DNA of 64,000 nucleotides from an uncultured delta proteobacterium (GCA_963841435.1 CAWJCS010000006.1:576001-640000); one strand, 5' to 3'; positions 19,934-34,279 are shown, numbered from the stretch's first letter. Notes: generated by a model not told the origin, from the letters alone. Numbers and translations are program-made.

Positions 19934-20719
19934 GGAAAGCGACCCTGCACGCCGAGCGCGAGGTCGAGCGAGGTGTGCAGCGCGCGAATGACGCCCGTGG
20001 TGACGCCGCCCGTCAGGTAGGCGCCGAAGTTCTGCGTGGAAATCGATCTGTGGTCCCGCCGCGAGGTGGAACACGATGTCCCGGGAATACTGGGGATTGT
20101 TGGTTTGCCACTCGGGCGTGCCTCGGCCGCCCTCGGTCTCGTAGGCGACGGCCGGCTCGATGAAGATTTTGAACGCGGCGTCGCTCATCGTGTAGAGCCG
20201 CGCACCGATGCCGAACACCTTGATCGGCTCGGTGTCGGTTGCTTCCTCCGCGCTGAGGCCGAGCTTCACCCAGAAGTACGGCTCGAAGAAATCGAGCAGC
20301 GCAAAGCTCAGTCCGAGGTCCACCGCGAGCGGCGCCCCGTGCCCACAGAACTTGAGCTGGTCACCGGGACCCTTCAGCGGATCCGGCGTTGCACAATAGG
20401 GCGACGCGTCGTAGCGAAGCACCATCCGGTAGCCGCCGACGAGCCCCACGCGCACGCCGATCTGGCCCATGTGGCCGAAATCGTCGTTGCCCTCGTCGGA
20501 CGCTTCGCCTTCGTCCGAAGCTTTCTTTTTGTTCTTGTCGCTCTTGTCGCTCGCCGCCGTGTCACTGTTCGCGTCGTCGTCGTGAGAGGCGGCGGTGCCC
20601 TCGGCACCTTCGGCATCGCCCTTCGCGTCGTCCGCGCGCGCCGGTCCCGCGACACAGACGAGAGCGATGATGAGGGACGTTGTGCTCGAGAGCGCGCGCA
20701 GAAGGGAGGGCGAAGGCAT
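19930..20719 (-). CDS. Secreted or outer-membrane beta-barrel-like protein (apparent +1 frameshift near 20037)
   Basis: Signal peptide ..GPARA|DD, acidic linker, amphipathic strands; removing one C gives [15 protein letters not shown]...LGVQGRFP*, whose stop overlaps the epimerase GTG. Confidence 0.6.
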
Positions 20720-20799
20720 CGGTGGGCCGAACGATACACCCGTTTTTGGCCGACCGGATGGGTCGCGATGGGGCCGATTTCGGCGCGGTTCTGGCAGGA

Positions 20800-21528
20800 T
20801 CAGGAGAGCCCGCGAATCACCGCGCTCACGCCGCCGAGCGCCGAGAGCAACAGCACGGCGTACCGGGTCTTGCCCCGGTCGAGCCACGCGCCGAGGTGCC
20901 GCGAGAGCCAGAACCCGAGCGCCATGCCGGGAACGAGGCCGACCGCAAGAAGAAGCTCGGGCGCGCCGAGCCGACCGATCAGCGCGAGCGCGCTCAGCGA
21001 CATGAACGCCCCAATCAAGAAATAGACGGCGAGCGTCGAGCGGACCATCGCACCCTTCTCGTCTTGGTACAGGATGGCGACAGCGGGTCCACCGAGCGCC
21101 GCCGTGGTGCCCATCAGGCCGGAAATCACGCCTGCCACGCTCAGCATCCATGGCGTGCGGGGCAGGGTGAGCTTCGACAGAGAAATGCCCACGGCGAGCA
21201 GCACGAGTAGTCCGAGGCTGACCGTGAGCGAGCGAGCGCTGAGGGCGCCGAGCGACAGCGCGCCGAGCGCCGTCCCGGGCACGCGCCCGAGCAAGATCCA
21301 CCCAACCCCGCGGATGTCGATCGAATCGCGCTCGCGCAGCGCCGTGAGCGCCAAGAGTAGCGTCACGGCTACGATCAGCGGGCCGGGCACGAGGCGCGGC
21401 TCGACCCACTCGAGCAGGGGCGCCGTGAGCAAGGCGAGTCCGAAGCCGATGCTGGCCTGAACGGCCGAGCCAAGCGCGATGACGAGGACGACGAGGCCGA
21501 GCGCCAGAGGAGACGAGAAGCCGAGCAC
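20800..21528 (-). CDS. TauE/SafE (sulfite exporter) family membrane protein
   Basis: [30 protein letters not shown], multiple TM helices. Confidence 0.85.
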   Translation of the reverse strand: MLGFSSPLALGLVVLVIALGSAVQASIGFGLALLTAPLLEWVEPRLVPGPLIVAVTLLLALTALRERDSIDIRGVGWILLGRVPGTALGALSLGALSARSLTVSLGLLVLLAVGISLSKLTLPRTPWMLSVAGVISGLMGTTAALGGPAVAILYQDEKGAMVRSTLAVYFLIGAFMSLSALALIGRLGAPELLLAVGLVPGMALGFWLSRHLGAWLDRGKTRYAVLLLSALGGVSAVIRGLS

Positions 21529-21559
21529 GGCACTCCGCGTACCATGGAGCCCGGTCTCG

Positions 21560-22173
21560 TCACAGCGCGAGACAGTGCCGATCGAGGAAGCTGGCGATGG
21601 CGGTGGTGACGGCTTTTTGGACGGCGGCGAGCGTCGAGCCGCGAGCCGCGAGCTCGCGCTTTCGTGGTTCGAGCGAGTGGTCGCCGTCTTCGACGACGAA
21701 GAGCTCGTTCGGCGCCCGCATCCGCTCGCGGACGCCGGCCAGGCGGTCGAGCGGGCACAGTGGGTCGCGCGTGCCCTGCACGAAGAGGATGGGCGTCGAA
21801 AGCTCGAGCAGCACGCCCTCGCGTTCGGGTCCCCGTCCACTGAGCGGATAGCCGAGGCAAACCAGGGCCTGCGGGCCGTCGGCCGCCTCGACCGCAACGT
21901 GGCACCCGATGCGGCTGCCCATGCTCTTTCCCACGAGAGCGAAGGGTAGCCCTGGATGCCGCGAGCGCGCCTCGGCGAGGGCTTCGGCGTGGGCCATCAC
22001 GAGGACCTCGCGACGATCGGGCGCGCGGCGCTTTGCCCGCTGGTACGGGTAGTCGAACGCTTCGACGCTGCCGAGCGGCGCGAGCCGCGTCGCGAGCGCG
22101 CGCATCCACGACGAGCTCGAGGGCGCCCCCGCGCCGGGTGCGAGCAGGATGAGAACGTTCCGGGAGCGGCCAC
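21560..22173 (-). CDS. Alpha/beta hydrolase (start uncertain, possible 5' frameshift)
   Basis: LAPGAGA, FDYPY, GKSMG nucleophile elbow, LGYPL, QGTRDPL, DGDHS. Confidence 0.82.
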
Positions 22174-22181
22174 GCCGCGCC

Positions 22182-23999
22182 TCAGCGCCGCGGTTGTTGG
22201 GCGGGGGGTGGTGCGCTCTTCGCGCTGCCCGCAGCCGTCCAGTCGCGCTCCGCGCCGATCGCGAGCAACGTGAGCTCGACGGCCTTGCCGCCCACGGAAG
22301 CGCTGATGGTACCCGTGCCGTTCCACTCGGGCGGTGCAGGCAGAGCCAGCGACGGCTGCGCCTGTAGCGCCCGGATCGCCTCCGGATCGGCGCGCAGCGC
22401 CAGGATGCCGGCACCGGCGAGCAGCGCGACGGCGCCCGCGGGGATATGCGCCGCGATCACCGCACGCACCGAGCCGGCGAGCTCGGGGGCACGCCGCACG
22501 ATCCAGCGCACGTCGTCGAGCGAATCGAGCACGAGGGCGCTCGGCTGGTCGGGCGCTGCGCGTCGCGACGATAGCGGCAGCGTGCGCGCGCCCTGCCAGC
22601 CATGGACCGGCGCGGCCTCGAGCGCCGGCCCTTTCGCGCCGTCGCCGTCCTTCCCCTTGCCCTTCACTTTGCGCACGATCAGAACGTCGTCGGTCGGGAG
22701 CGTGCGCGGAACCGTGACGCGCACCGGGCGCTTGAAGGAGCGAGGGTCGCCCACGGTGCCCGTGGCGACTGCATAGGCGAGCGTCTCGGCGGACGCGATG
22801 AGTGCCGGGGTCGGAGGCTGGTCGGGCTCGGGGTCGAAGGTGCGCATCGAGACGCCGCCGCTCGGGGGCGGGTAGAGCTCGCCGGTGAGGATGCGGGGGT
22901 CGGCTTCCAGCAGGCGCGCACCGGTGGCGATGAGGTCGACGAGCGCGCCCGATTGCGCCAGCACCTCGAGCGCCTGGCGCGACGAGGGCGCGACCAAGAA
23001 GTCGAGCCTCGGCGGGACGCGCTTGCTCTTCAAGAGAGCTGCCGCCGCGAGCAGATCGCGCAGCGACGCACCCGAGTCACCACCGAGGATGACCTGCGAA
23101 ACGGGGTTGCCGGCGAGCTCCCGCACTTGCCTGACGACGCCCGCCTCGTCGAGGATGAGCGGATCGACCGCCGAGAGGTCGACGCTGATGGCGTCCTCGC
23201 AGGGCGCGCCGGGGTCGGGCAAAAGGCCGCGGTGCGCCTTGGATCGGCGCTGATCGCGGAGATAGACCTCCGTCTTCTCGTCGCTCACGAACACCGCGGC
23301 GGCGGCACCGAGCTGCGGCGCCATGGCGGCGAGCACCGCGCGTTCCGCGACGGAAAGGAGCCGCGCGCTCGGTCCGGCGAACTCGATCACGACGGGCGCC
23401 CCGTGCTCCGCGTCGACGCGATGCACGGACTCGCGCAGCCCCCGGCGCAACAACTCGAGCCCCACGTCGCGGACGCAAACGAACGGGCGCACACGACCCG
23501 AGAGCAACACCTGGATGCTGCGCGGCCGGCGAACCCACACGGCGCCCGTCACGAGCGCCTCGGCGAGCTGGGCTGGCGGGGCGACGAGCGCGAGCATGCC
23601 GGCGCCGCCCACGGCCGCGAGGCGCGGCTCGTCCGTCACCGCGAGGCGCGCGGGGCTGCCGAAACGCTCGAGGTGAACCGCGGCCGGGAATCCGATGCCG
23701 GGTCGGGCGAGCAGGAGCCCGAGGCCGAGCGCGTCCCGGTAGGCGCGCTGCGCGCCCGGGCTCGTCACGTCTCCGGCCCGCGTGATGCATCGCGTGTCGT
23801 AGGCAACCGCGACCTCGACCGAGAATTTCTTGGCGCCCGAGAGCAACGCCTCGGAAAGCGACCGCTCGGGCTCGCGCGACAGCACGACCTGATCGATCTT
23901 CACCCGGACGAGATCACTCGACGGGGTTACCTCCTCCGCCCGGCCGGCGAGGATCTTCTGTGTCATTGTGCGGGGTGGGTCCCCGGCGCGCGCGCGCAT
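22182..23999 (-). CDS. Aconitase-family protein lacking Fe-S cysteines and active-site motifs (alternative start 23966)
   Basis: MTQKIL, KIDQ, RPGIG..VHLERFGSP, GGAGMLA, LSVAERA.LAAMAPQLGA, DLSAVDP, GGVSMRTF, C-terminal swivel-like domain. Confidence 0.8.
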   Translation of the reverse strand: MRARAGDPPRTMTQKILAGRAEEVTPSSDLVRVKIDQVVLSREPERSLSEALLSGAKKFSVEVAVAYDTRCITRAGDVTSPGAQRAYRDALGLGLLLARPGIGFPAAVHLERFGSPARLAVTDEPRLAAVGGAGMLALVAPPAQLAEALVTGAVWVRRPRSIQVLLSGRVRPFVCVRDVGLELLRRGLRESVHRVDAEHGAPVVIEFAGPSARLLSVAERAVLAAMAPQLGAAAAVFVSDEKTEVYLRDQRRSKAHRGLLPDPGAPCEDAISVDLSAVDPLILDEAGVVRQVRELAGNPVSQVILGGDSGASLRDLLAAAALLKSKRVPPRLDFLVAPSSRQALEVLAQSGALVDLIATGARLLEADPRILTGELYPPPSGGVSMRTFDPEPDQPPTPALIASAETLAYAVATGTVGDPRSFKRPVRVTVPRTLPTDDVLIVRKVKGKGKDGDGAKGPALEAAPVHGWQGARTLPLSSRRAAPDQPSALVLDSLDDVRWIVRRAPELAGSVRAVIAAHIPAGAVALLAGAGILALRADPEAIRALQAQPSLALPAPPEWNGTGTISASVGGKAVELTLLAIGAERDWTAAGSAKSAPPPAQQPRR

Positions 24000-24248
24000 C
24001 GGCTACGCTTCCTCGAAGCTATTTCCGCCCGGGGAAAGCGGGCGGGAGCGGGAAGGTACCTGCTCGGGTAGAGGAGGGTCAAGGACCCCCGGTCGGCCCC
24101 CAAGGACAGGCCATCGCTCAGCCGTCGCGCGGCCGCAAGCCCGACTCGCTCGGCGGAAGTCCCTGAACGGATCGGCCCGTCTGGCCGGTCCGGCGCAAGA
24201 TTCGACTGGAATTCACCCCGTAGTGAAAACCGAGTAACCTTCCGCCCC

Positions 24249-24611
24249 ATGTTCAAAGAGGCCCTCCAGGGCGTCGTCGAAGGCACGGACGGGGGCATTG
24301 CCGGCCTGCTCATGGACTTCGAGGGCATCCCCGTCGAAAGCTTCACACGGCCAGGCGCTACCGTCGACATCGAAACGGTGGGTGCCGAGGTGAGCGTCGT
24401 GGTCAAGTCCATCCAGCGCGCCAGCGAGATGCTCGAGGCGGGCGAGACGCGGGAGGTCGCATTTCGCAGCGATCGCATGACGACCTTGATCCGGGTCATC
24501 AACAAGGGGTACTTCGTGGCCGTGGCGCTGGAGCCCGATGGCAACCTCGGAAAAGGTCGCTACCTGCTCCGCGTTCTCGCGCCCAAGCTTGCCGAGGAGC
24601 TCGCGACCTAG
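24249..24611 (+). CDS. Roadblock/LC7 domain protein
   Basis: GGIAGLLMDFEGIPVE, YFVAVALEPDGNLGKGRYLLR. Confidence 0.8.
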   Translation: MFKEALQGVVEGTDGGIAGLLMDFEGIPVESFTRPGATVDIETVGAEVSVVVKSIQRASEMLEAGETREVAFRSDRMTTLIRVINKGYFVAVALEPDGNLGKGRYLLRVLAPKLAEELAT

Positions 24612-24659
24612 CGGGATTCGGCGGGTACCCGCGCCGACGGCGCTCCCACTCGTTACACC

Positions 24660-25097
<438 letters not shown>

Positions 25098-25107
25098 GCG
25101 GGCCAGG

Positions 25108-26466
25108 GTGTTCAAGAAAGTCCTGATCGCGAACCGCGGCGAGATCGCCATCAGGGTGATCCGCGCTTGCCGCGAGCTCGGCATCGCCACCGTGGCCGTG
25201 CACTCGGAGGCGGATGCGGGGGCGCTGCACGTCCGCTTCGCCGACGAAGCCGTGTGCATCGGCCCGCCCCCGTCGTCGCAGAGCTACCTCAACATCCCCG
25301 CGCTCATCAGCGCCGCCGAGATCACGGCGGCCGATGCGATCCACCCTGGCTACGGGTTCTTGTCCGAAAGCGTCGAATTCGCGCGCATCGTCGAGGGCTG
25401 CAGCCTCGGTTTCATCGGGCCCCGCTCGGACGTCATGGCGCTCTGGGGCGACAAGCTGCGTGCGCGTGAAACGGCGCGTCGCTTCGGGCTGCCCCTGCTC
25501 ACGGGCAGCGAAGCCTTGCGCGACCCCATGCACGCCGAACAGGAGGCGGCCCGCGTCGGCTTTCCGGTGATGATCAAGGCTCGCGGCGGCGGCGGCGGGC
25601 GCGGCATGCGCATCGTGCGCGGAGTCGACGAGGTGCGGCGCGCCTTCGAATCCGCCACGGCCGAGTCGATGAACGCATTCAAGAACCCCGAGCTCTACCT
25701 CGAGCGCTTCATCGAGCGCCCGAGGCACATCGAGTTCCAGGCGCTCGCCGACCACCACGGGCAGGTCTGGACGCTCGGCGAGCGTGAATGCTCGCTGCAG
25801 CGCAGGAACCAGAAGCTCGTCGAGGAGGCCCCGAGCCCCAACATGAGCGACGAGCTCCGGGCCGAGATGGCGGACCTCATCCGACACGCCGTGTCCGAGA
25901 CCGGCTACACCTCGCTCGGTACGCTCGAGTTCTTGATGGACGACGACGGCAAGCTCTACTTCATGGAGATGAACACACGCGTCCAGGTCGAGCACCCCGT
26001 CACGGAGATGACCACGGGTGTCGACCTCGTCGTCGAGCAGATCCGCGCCGCTGCCGGCGAAAAGCTCGACCTTCCCGACACGCGCCCGTGGCGCTTTCGC
26101 GGGCACGCCATCGAATGTCGCGTGCTCGCCGAGGACCCGGTCACCTTCGCGCCCTGGCCCGGCAAGATCACCGAGTACCACCCCCCGGGCGGCATCGGCG
26201 TGCGCGTCGATTCAGGCATTTTCGGTGGCTGGACGGTGCCCTCGAACTACGATTCCCTGCTCGCCAAGGTTATCACCCACGCGCCCACGCGCGACCTCGC
26301 GCTTTCGCGCATGCGGCGCGCCCTCGACGAATTCATCATCGGCGGCATCCGGACGAACCTCGATCTCCACAAGCGACTGCTCGACTTGCCAGAAGTGCGC
26401 GAGGGCCGCATGACGACGCGCACCGTCGAGAACATGATGGCCGCTGCGAAGCGCGCCTCGGTCTAG
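25108..26466 (+). CDS. accC: Biotin carboxylase
   Basis: KKVLIANRGEIA, HPGYGFLSE, GGGGRGMR, EMNTRVQVEHPVTE. Confidence 0.96.
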   Translation: MFKKVLIANRGEIAIRVIRACRELGIATVAVHSEADAGALHVRFADEAVCIGPPPSSQSYLNIPALISAAEITAADAIHPGYGFLSESVEFARIVEGCSLGFIGPRSDVMALWGDKLRARETARRFGLPLLTGSEALRDPMHAEQEAARVGFPVMIKARGGGGGRGMRIVRGVDEVRRAFESATAESMNAFKNPELYLERFIERPRHIEFQALADHHGQVWTLGERECSLQRRNQKLVEEAPSPNMSDELRAEMADLIRHAVSETGYTSLGTLEFLMDDDGKLYFMEMNTRVQVEHPVTEMTTGVDLVVEQIRAAAGEKLDLPDTRPWRFRGHAIECRVLAEDPVTFAPWPGKITEYHPPGGIGVRVDSGIFGGWTVPSNYDSLLAKVITHAPTRDLALSRMRRALDEFIIGGIRTNLDLHKRLLDLPEVREGRMTTRTVENMMAAAKRASV

Positions 26467-26478
26467 GAACCGCGTGCG

Positions 26479-27354
26479 TCACGGTGCGGCGCGGGCAGCC
26501 GACGCTTCGCCGTCGCGCGCGAACGTCGCCACTCGATAGCCAATCGCCCCGGATGCGAGCGACCGTCTGAGCGCGTCGCCTCCATCCCACGACCGCAGGT
26601 ACTCGCTGTCCAGGCCGAGCCTACGACCCAGCCAGCCCCCGAAGCGGATGCCGAGCTGCCTCAAATCGCTCGGTTCGAGGTATCCCGTCAGATCGAGACT
26701 GCGGAGCAGCGAAAAGCCGTGGTTCTTTGCCTGAACGCTCGCACGCTCGAGCGAGACCAGGGTGCCGACGCGCCAGCCTTCACGGAACCGCTCGACGAGA
26801 CGTGCCTCGTTTTGGCTGAGCGTCCGCTCCGCGAGAAAGTCGTCGCACACGACGAGGCGCCCGCCGGGGCGGAGCACGCGCGATACGGATTCGAAGAACA
26901 GCTCGCCGCTCGAGCTGTGCGCGAACGATTCGATGGCAAACGCAACGTCAACCGGTGGCGCGATGGGCGGGAGCGCCAAGAAGCTCGTCTGGACGCAGCT
27001 GAGCCTCTCGGAAAGCCCCGCCCGGGCAAAGCGCTCGCGTGCGTGGGCCACCTGAACGCCGCTCAGCGTGACGCCGATGCCGCGAACGGCGCTCTGCTTG
27101 GCGATGTAGACGAGGCTTTCACCGACGCCGCAGCCGAGATCGAGGACGGTCGTCGACGGCGACGCCTCGCCAATCTCCTTCAGGACCAGATTCTCGACCC
27201 ACGAAAACGCGGCGTCTCGTGAGGTGACGCCCGGCGCCCAGACGGCGCGGTGCATGAAGGCGCCCCCGTATCCGCGCCGCACGAAGCGCGGCGTGTTCTC
27301 GTCGTAGTAGCGGCGCACGACGCTTTCGTGCGCGTCAGGATGCCCTCCGGACAC
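26479..27354 (-). CDS. Class I SAM-dependent methyltransferase
   Basis: VLDLGCGVG, GVTLSGVQ, AIESFAH, VLRPGGRLVVCD. Confidence 0.85.
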   Translation of the reverse strand: MSGGHPDAHESVVRRYYDENTPRFVRRGYGGAFMHRAVWAPGVTSRDAAFSWVENLVLKEIGEASPSTTVLDLGCGVGESLVYIAKQSAVRGIGVTLSGVQVAHARERFARAGLSERLSCVQTSFLALPPIAPPVDVAFAIESFAHSSSGELFFESVSRVLRPGGRLVVCDDFLAERTLSQNEARLVERFREGWRVGTLVSLERASVQAKNHGFSLLRSLDLTGYLEPSDLRQLGIRFGGWLGRRLGLDSEYLRSWDGGDALRRSLASGAIGYRVATFARDGEASAARAAP

Positions 27355-27426
27355 GAGAACGTCAATACACCGGCGGCCAGGCTCGTGTCGAAGTCCGCGG
27401 CGCCACCCGCCCGCATGCCCCGACGC

Positions 27427-28185
27427 TCAGCGGGAGCGCTCGCGTACCGGCTTCCTCCCGACCTTCACGGCGGCGAAGGCGTTCGGGCAGCGAGTCGAGA
27501 CGGGGCACGCCGCGCAGGCGGGGCAGAGCGCCGTGCAGATGCGCCGGCCGTGGAAGATGAGGACGTGGCCGACGGCGTCCCAGTCCTTCGGCGCGAAGAT
27601 CCGCAGCAAATCTTGCTCGATTTCGCCGGGCTCCGTGTGGCTCGTCCAGCCGAGGCGCTGGCTGATGCGTTGCACGTGCGTGTCGACGACGACGCCCTCC
27701 GGCGCACCGAACGCCACGCCGAGCACGACGTTCGCCGTCTTGCGACCGACGCCTGGCAGCTTTACGAGCTCCGCGAGGGTGCGCGGCACTTCTCCAGCGT
27801 GCTCGGCAACGAGCTTTTGCGACAGCCCGACGATCGATTTCGTCTTCTGCCGAAAGAAGCCGAGCCGTCCGATGGCGCGCTCGACTTCGTCGGTCGCGGC
27901 GGCGGAGAGCTTGGCCGCGGTCGGCCAGCGCCGGAAGAGCTCGGGCGTCACTTTGTTCACCATCACGTCGGTGCTTTGCGCAGACAGCACCGTCGCCACG
28001 AGGAGCTGGAACGGCGAAGTGTACTCGAGCTCACAGTGAGCGTCGGCGTGCCGCGCGCGGAGCAGCTCGAAGGTGTGGCGCGCCTGGACGGGGTCGACGT
28101 TCGCCTTGCTCGTCGTCCTCGTCTTTTTGCCACCTGCTTTCGCGCGCGCGGCGCCGCGCGTCTTTCGCGGCCCGGGGCCGCGCAC
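27427..28185 (-). CDS. nth: Endonuclease III
   Basis: LLVATVLSAQSTD, LPGVGRKTANV, VDTHV, C-x6-C-x2-C-x5-C Fe-S motif. Confidence 0.95.
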   Translation of the reverse strand: MRGPGPRKTRGAARAKAGGKKTRTTSKANVDPVQARHTFELLRARHADAHCELEYTSPFQLLVATVLSAQSTDVMVNKVTPELFRRWPTAAKLSAAATDEVERAIGRLGFFRQKTKSIVGLSQKLVAEHAGEVPRTLAELVKLPGVGRKTANVVLGVAFGAPEGVVVDTHVQRISQRLGWTSHTEPGEIEQDLLRIFAPKDWDAVGHVLIFHGRRICTALCPACAACPVSTRCPNAFAAVKVGRKPVRERSR

Positions 28186-28248
28186 GCCAGCGGCGGCCTT
28201 CTGTCGCCCGGCCCGGCGGTGGGCGCCTTCGGTGCGGGCTTTTTCGGC

Positions 28249-31116
<2,868 letters not shown>

Positions 31117-31488
31117 TTAGCGCAGGAGCTCCAGGGCGCGCCACGTGACGGCGAGGCCGACGAGGAAAAGTAGCCAAAACCACCAGGGTGTCGCCCGCCC
31201 GCCACCCAGCGAATCGCGCGAGCGTTCCGCGAGCGTGAGTCGCGTCTCGAGCGCCGAGAGGCGGTCTTCGAGCTCTCCGACCCGCGTCTCGAGGGGCATG
31301 TCCCCGCGAGGTGTCGGGCGAGGTAGGGACATGAGGGTGTCCGGATCCCGGCCCGAAGGCTCCGTGATCGACAGATCGGTGTCGCCCGGATCTCCCTCGG
31401 TCCGCGTGCCGCTCACGGGGCCCTCGATGCTGGGGCGGATCGCCGGGGGCGGCGTCGTCGGGGCAGCGTCTCGCTCGGGGTCCACCAT
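31117..31488 (-). CDS. Small hypothetical protein with coiled coil and C-terminal TM
   Basis: LETRVGELEDRLSALETRL then WWFWLLFLVGLAVTW; fills the gap between bamA and gyrA. Confidence 0.6.
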   Translation of the reverse strand: MVDPERDAAPTTPPPAIRPSIEGPVSGTRTEGDPGDTDLSITEPSGRDPDTLMSLPRPTPRGDMPLETRVGELEDRLSALETRLTLAERSRDSLGGGRATPWWFWLLFLVGLAVTWRALELLR

Positions 31489-31549
31489 GGTCCACTCCGG
31501 GCCGCCCATCTTACGCGCGACCCGGAACAAAAGATTCCCGGAACCTTTC

Positions 31550-34279
31550 TTAGAAGAAGTTTCCGATGGTGAACTCGAAAACGCTCGGTTCTTCGTAGGG
31601 GAGCGGTTTGAACGGAAAGCCCCACTCGAAACGCAGCGGCCCGAGTGGCGAAAACCAGCGAAAGCCGAAGCCCCAGGACGTTCTCAGCGTCGTGAGCGAG
31701 CTCAGTCCGTGGAAGCACGGGCTGACGGCGGGGTAGCGGATGGCGATGCCGCCAGCGTCGCAGTAATTTTGCTCGAGGTTCCAGGCGTTGCCGGCGTCGG
31801 TGAAGATCACGCCGCGGAGCCCCACGGCTTCGACGATCGGCACCTCGATCTCGAGGTTCTGGAAGTACTGCATGTTGCCGCCGATGTTGGCGCCGTTCGG
31901 GATCGGGACGCTGTTGGGATCGGTCGAGTTCGTGAGCCCGACGCGCGGACCGATCGAGCGGTATTGGAACCCGCGCACGTCGAAAATCCCGCCCAGGAAG
32001 AAGCGGGCGAAGATGGGCACGCCGTCGCTCGAGGGGCTCGTCACGTGGCCGAACTCGGTGTTGAGCTTCAAGACGAAACCGTGCCCGAGCGGGTAGTAGA
32101 AGCGCCCGAGCAGCCGGTGCCGGAGAAACTCGTTCGTCGAGCCCAGGAAGCTCGCGGCGAGCTCGGTAGACCCGTAGAGATAGATCCCCGACGTCGGGAA
32201 ACAGTCGATTGTCACGCGTGTCGTAGGTGAGCCCGGGGCGGACGCTCGACGTGAAGCCGTCGTTGAACAGGTTCGCGAGCGGCAGGCTGCGAAACACGCT
32301 CACGCGCGAGGAGGTGCCGAGCAGCGTCGTTGACGGCTGAGTGGAAACGTCGTCTTGCTCCGCCGTGTAGGTGAGCGAGACGCTCAGCTCGGGGTCGATG
32401 ATCGGGTAGCCGAACGTGAGGGCGCCGCCCACGCTGCGCTGCGAAAAGTCCTGATAATTGCGCAGCTGGTCGTAAAGGTCGATGTTCGCGCTGAAGGGGC
32501 TGTCGAGCAGGTACGGCTCGTAGAACTTGAGGTCGATCTGGCGGCGCAGCCCGGAAAGCTGGCCCTGGAGCGACAGCGACTGCCCGTTGCCGAACAGGTT
32601 CGCCTGCTGGATCTGCGCCGTGACGATGAAGTTTTCGACGCTCGAGAAGCCGGCGCCGACCTGGAAGGTCCCCGTCGGCCGCTCGCTCACCTCGATGTAG
32701 ACGTTCATCTTGTCGGGCGCGGAGCCCTGCTCGGTCGAGATGTCGACCCGCTCGAAGTAGCCGAGCGCCGTGATGCGACGCTTCGACCTGTCGAGCCGCG
32801 TTTCGTGGAACAGTCTGGCCCTCGGTGACCTCGAGCTCGCGGCGGATGACCTTGTCGCGCGTCTTGCTGTTGCCGCGCACCTCGATGCGCTCGAAATAGA
32901 CGAGCGGCCCGCGTTCGACCGGGATGACGACGTCAACCTCCTGCGTCGCGGGGTCGAGATTCGTCTGCGGGGTGGCGTCGACGTTCGCGTAGCCGTGGTC
33001 GCGGTACAGCGTGCGGACGGCCTGAAGGTCCTCGAGCAAAGCGGCGCGGTTGAAATAGTCGCCGGATTTGGCCCGCACCATCATGCGCAGGTTGCGGCGC
33101 CCGTCGATCGGCTCCACCTCACTGTCCGTCGGCGCCGCGCTCGTACACTCGAAGCTGACGAATCCGGTAGCGTGGGCCCTCGTCGATGGTGATCGACACC
33201 TCGATGCCGCTGCGGTCGGGCGTCAGCATGATGCGCGGCGTGCCGATCGACACGGCGAGAAAGCCACGGTCGTAGTAGAGCGCGCTGATCACGGCGACGT
33301 CGCGCTCGAAGGCATCCTGTCGGAAGGGGCCGCCCGAGCCGAAGACGAAGAAGCCCGAATTGCCCGTGAACATCAGCGGACTGCAGCTCTTCGGTGGAAA
33401 CGTGCTCGTTGCCGATGAAGGTGATCGCGCCGAACGCTGACCTGGTCGTGCTCGGTGATCTTGAACTTGACGTTGACCTCGCCCTCGCCCGACGGAACGA
33501 CGCTGCTCTCGACCTCGGCGAGGAAGTAGCCCTTCTCCGCGTACATGTCGCGGATCTTCTGGACGCTGCGCCGGATGGCGGGGCGGCTCAGGACGTGTCG
33601 CCTCCTTGATCTCGACGCCTTCCTTCAGATCGTCGTTTTCGATCTCTTTGTTGCCCTCGAAGACGAGCTTGGCGATGCTCGGGCGCTCACGCACGAGCAT
33701 CCGCAGCCGCACGCCGTCGTCGCGCCGGTCGAGGTCGACCTCGATGTCGTCGAAGAAGCCGGAGGCGTAGAGCTCGCGCACGTCGTCGGTGAGCGCTTCG
33801 CTCGAAAAGGGCGAGCCGACGCGCTCCTTCAGGTAGGTGCGCACGTCGTCGGCCGTGACGCGACGGTTGCCGGCAACGTCGATCGACAGAATGGGCAGTC
33901 CCTCGGCGAGCTCGGCCTCCGTCGGTGGGACGACCGCGACGGGCGCTTCTGGCTCTTCCTCCTCGGGCGTCGAGGCGGGAGTCGAGCCGGGCGAAGCGCC
34001 GGGCTCCGCCTTGGCGGGTTCGGCGCTCGGAGCGGGTGGTGCATCCGCGGCGGGTGCGGCGGATGGAGCCGCGGGCGCCGCGGCCGGAGCGCGCGGACGT
34101 TGCGCTCGACCCGGGGCCGCGCGCGTCGGGGCAGCGGACGCCGATGGCGCCGCGGGCGCCGGCCGAGGCTGGGCGCTCGCCGAGGGCGAGGCCGAAGCGG
34201 CGGGCGGACTCGTCTGTGCGCGGAGGGGCGGCGCAAAGAGGACGAGCGACGCGATGAGAAGAAAAGTCGGGGCGCGCAC
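31550..34279 (-). CDS. bamA: Outer membrane protein assembly factor BamA, multiple frameshifts (probably sequence errors)
   Basis: Signal peptide, POTRA motifs (VAGNRRV, LYASGFFDDI, IEVRGNSKTRDKVIRRE), PTGTFQVGAGFSS, QANLFGNGQ, VRGF, WFSPLGPLRF, C-terminal FEFTIGNFF. Confidence 0.9.

Noticed and set aside
19463-21409. Apparent 648-aa barrel-epimerase fusion
   Set aside because: One extra C near 20037 joins two genes; the corrected frame ends GVQGRFP* overlapping the epimerase start
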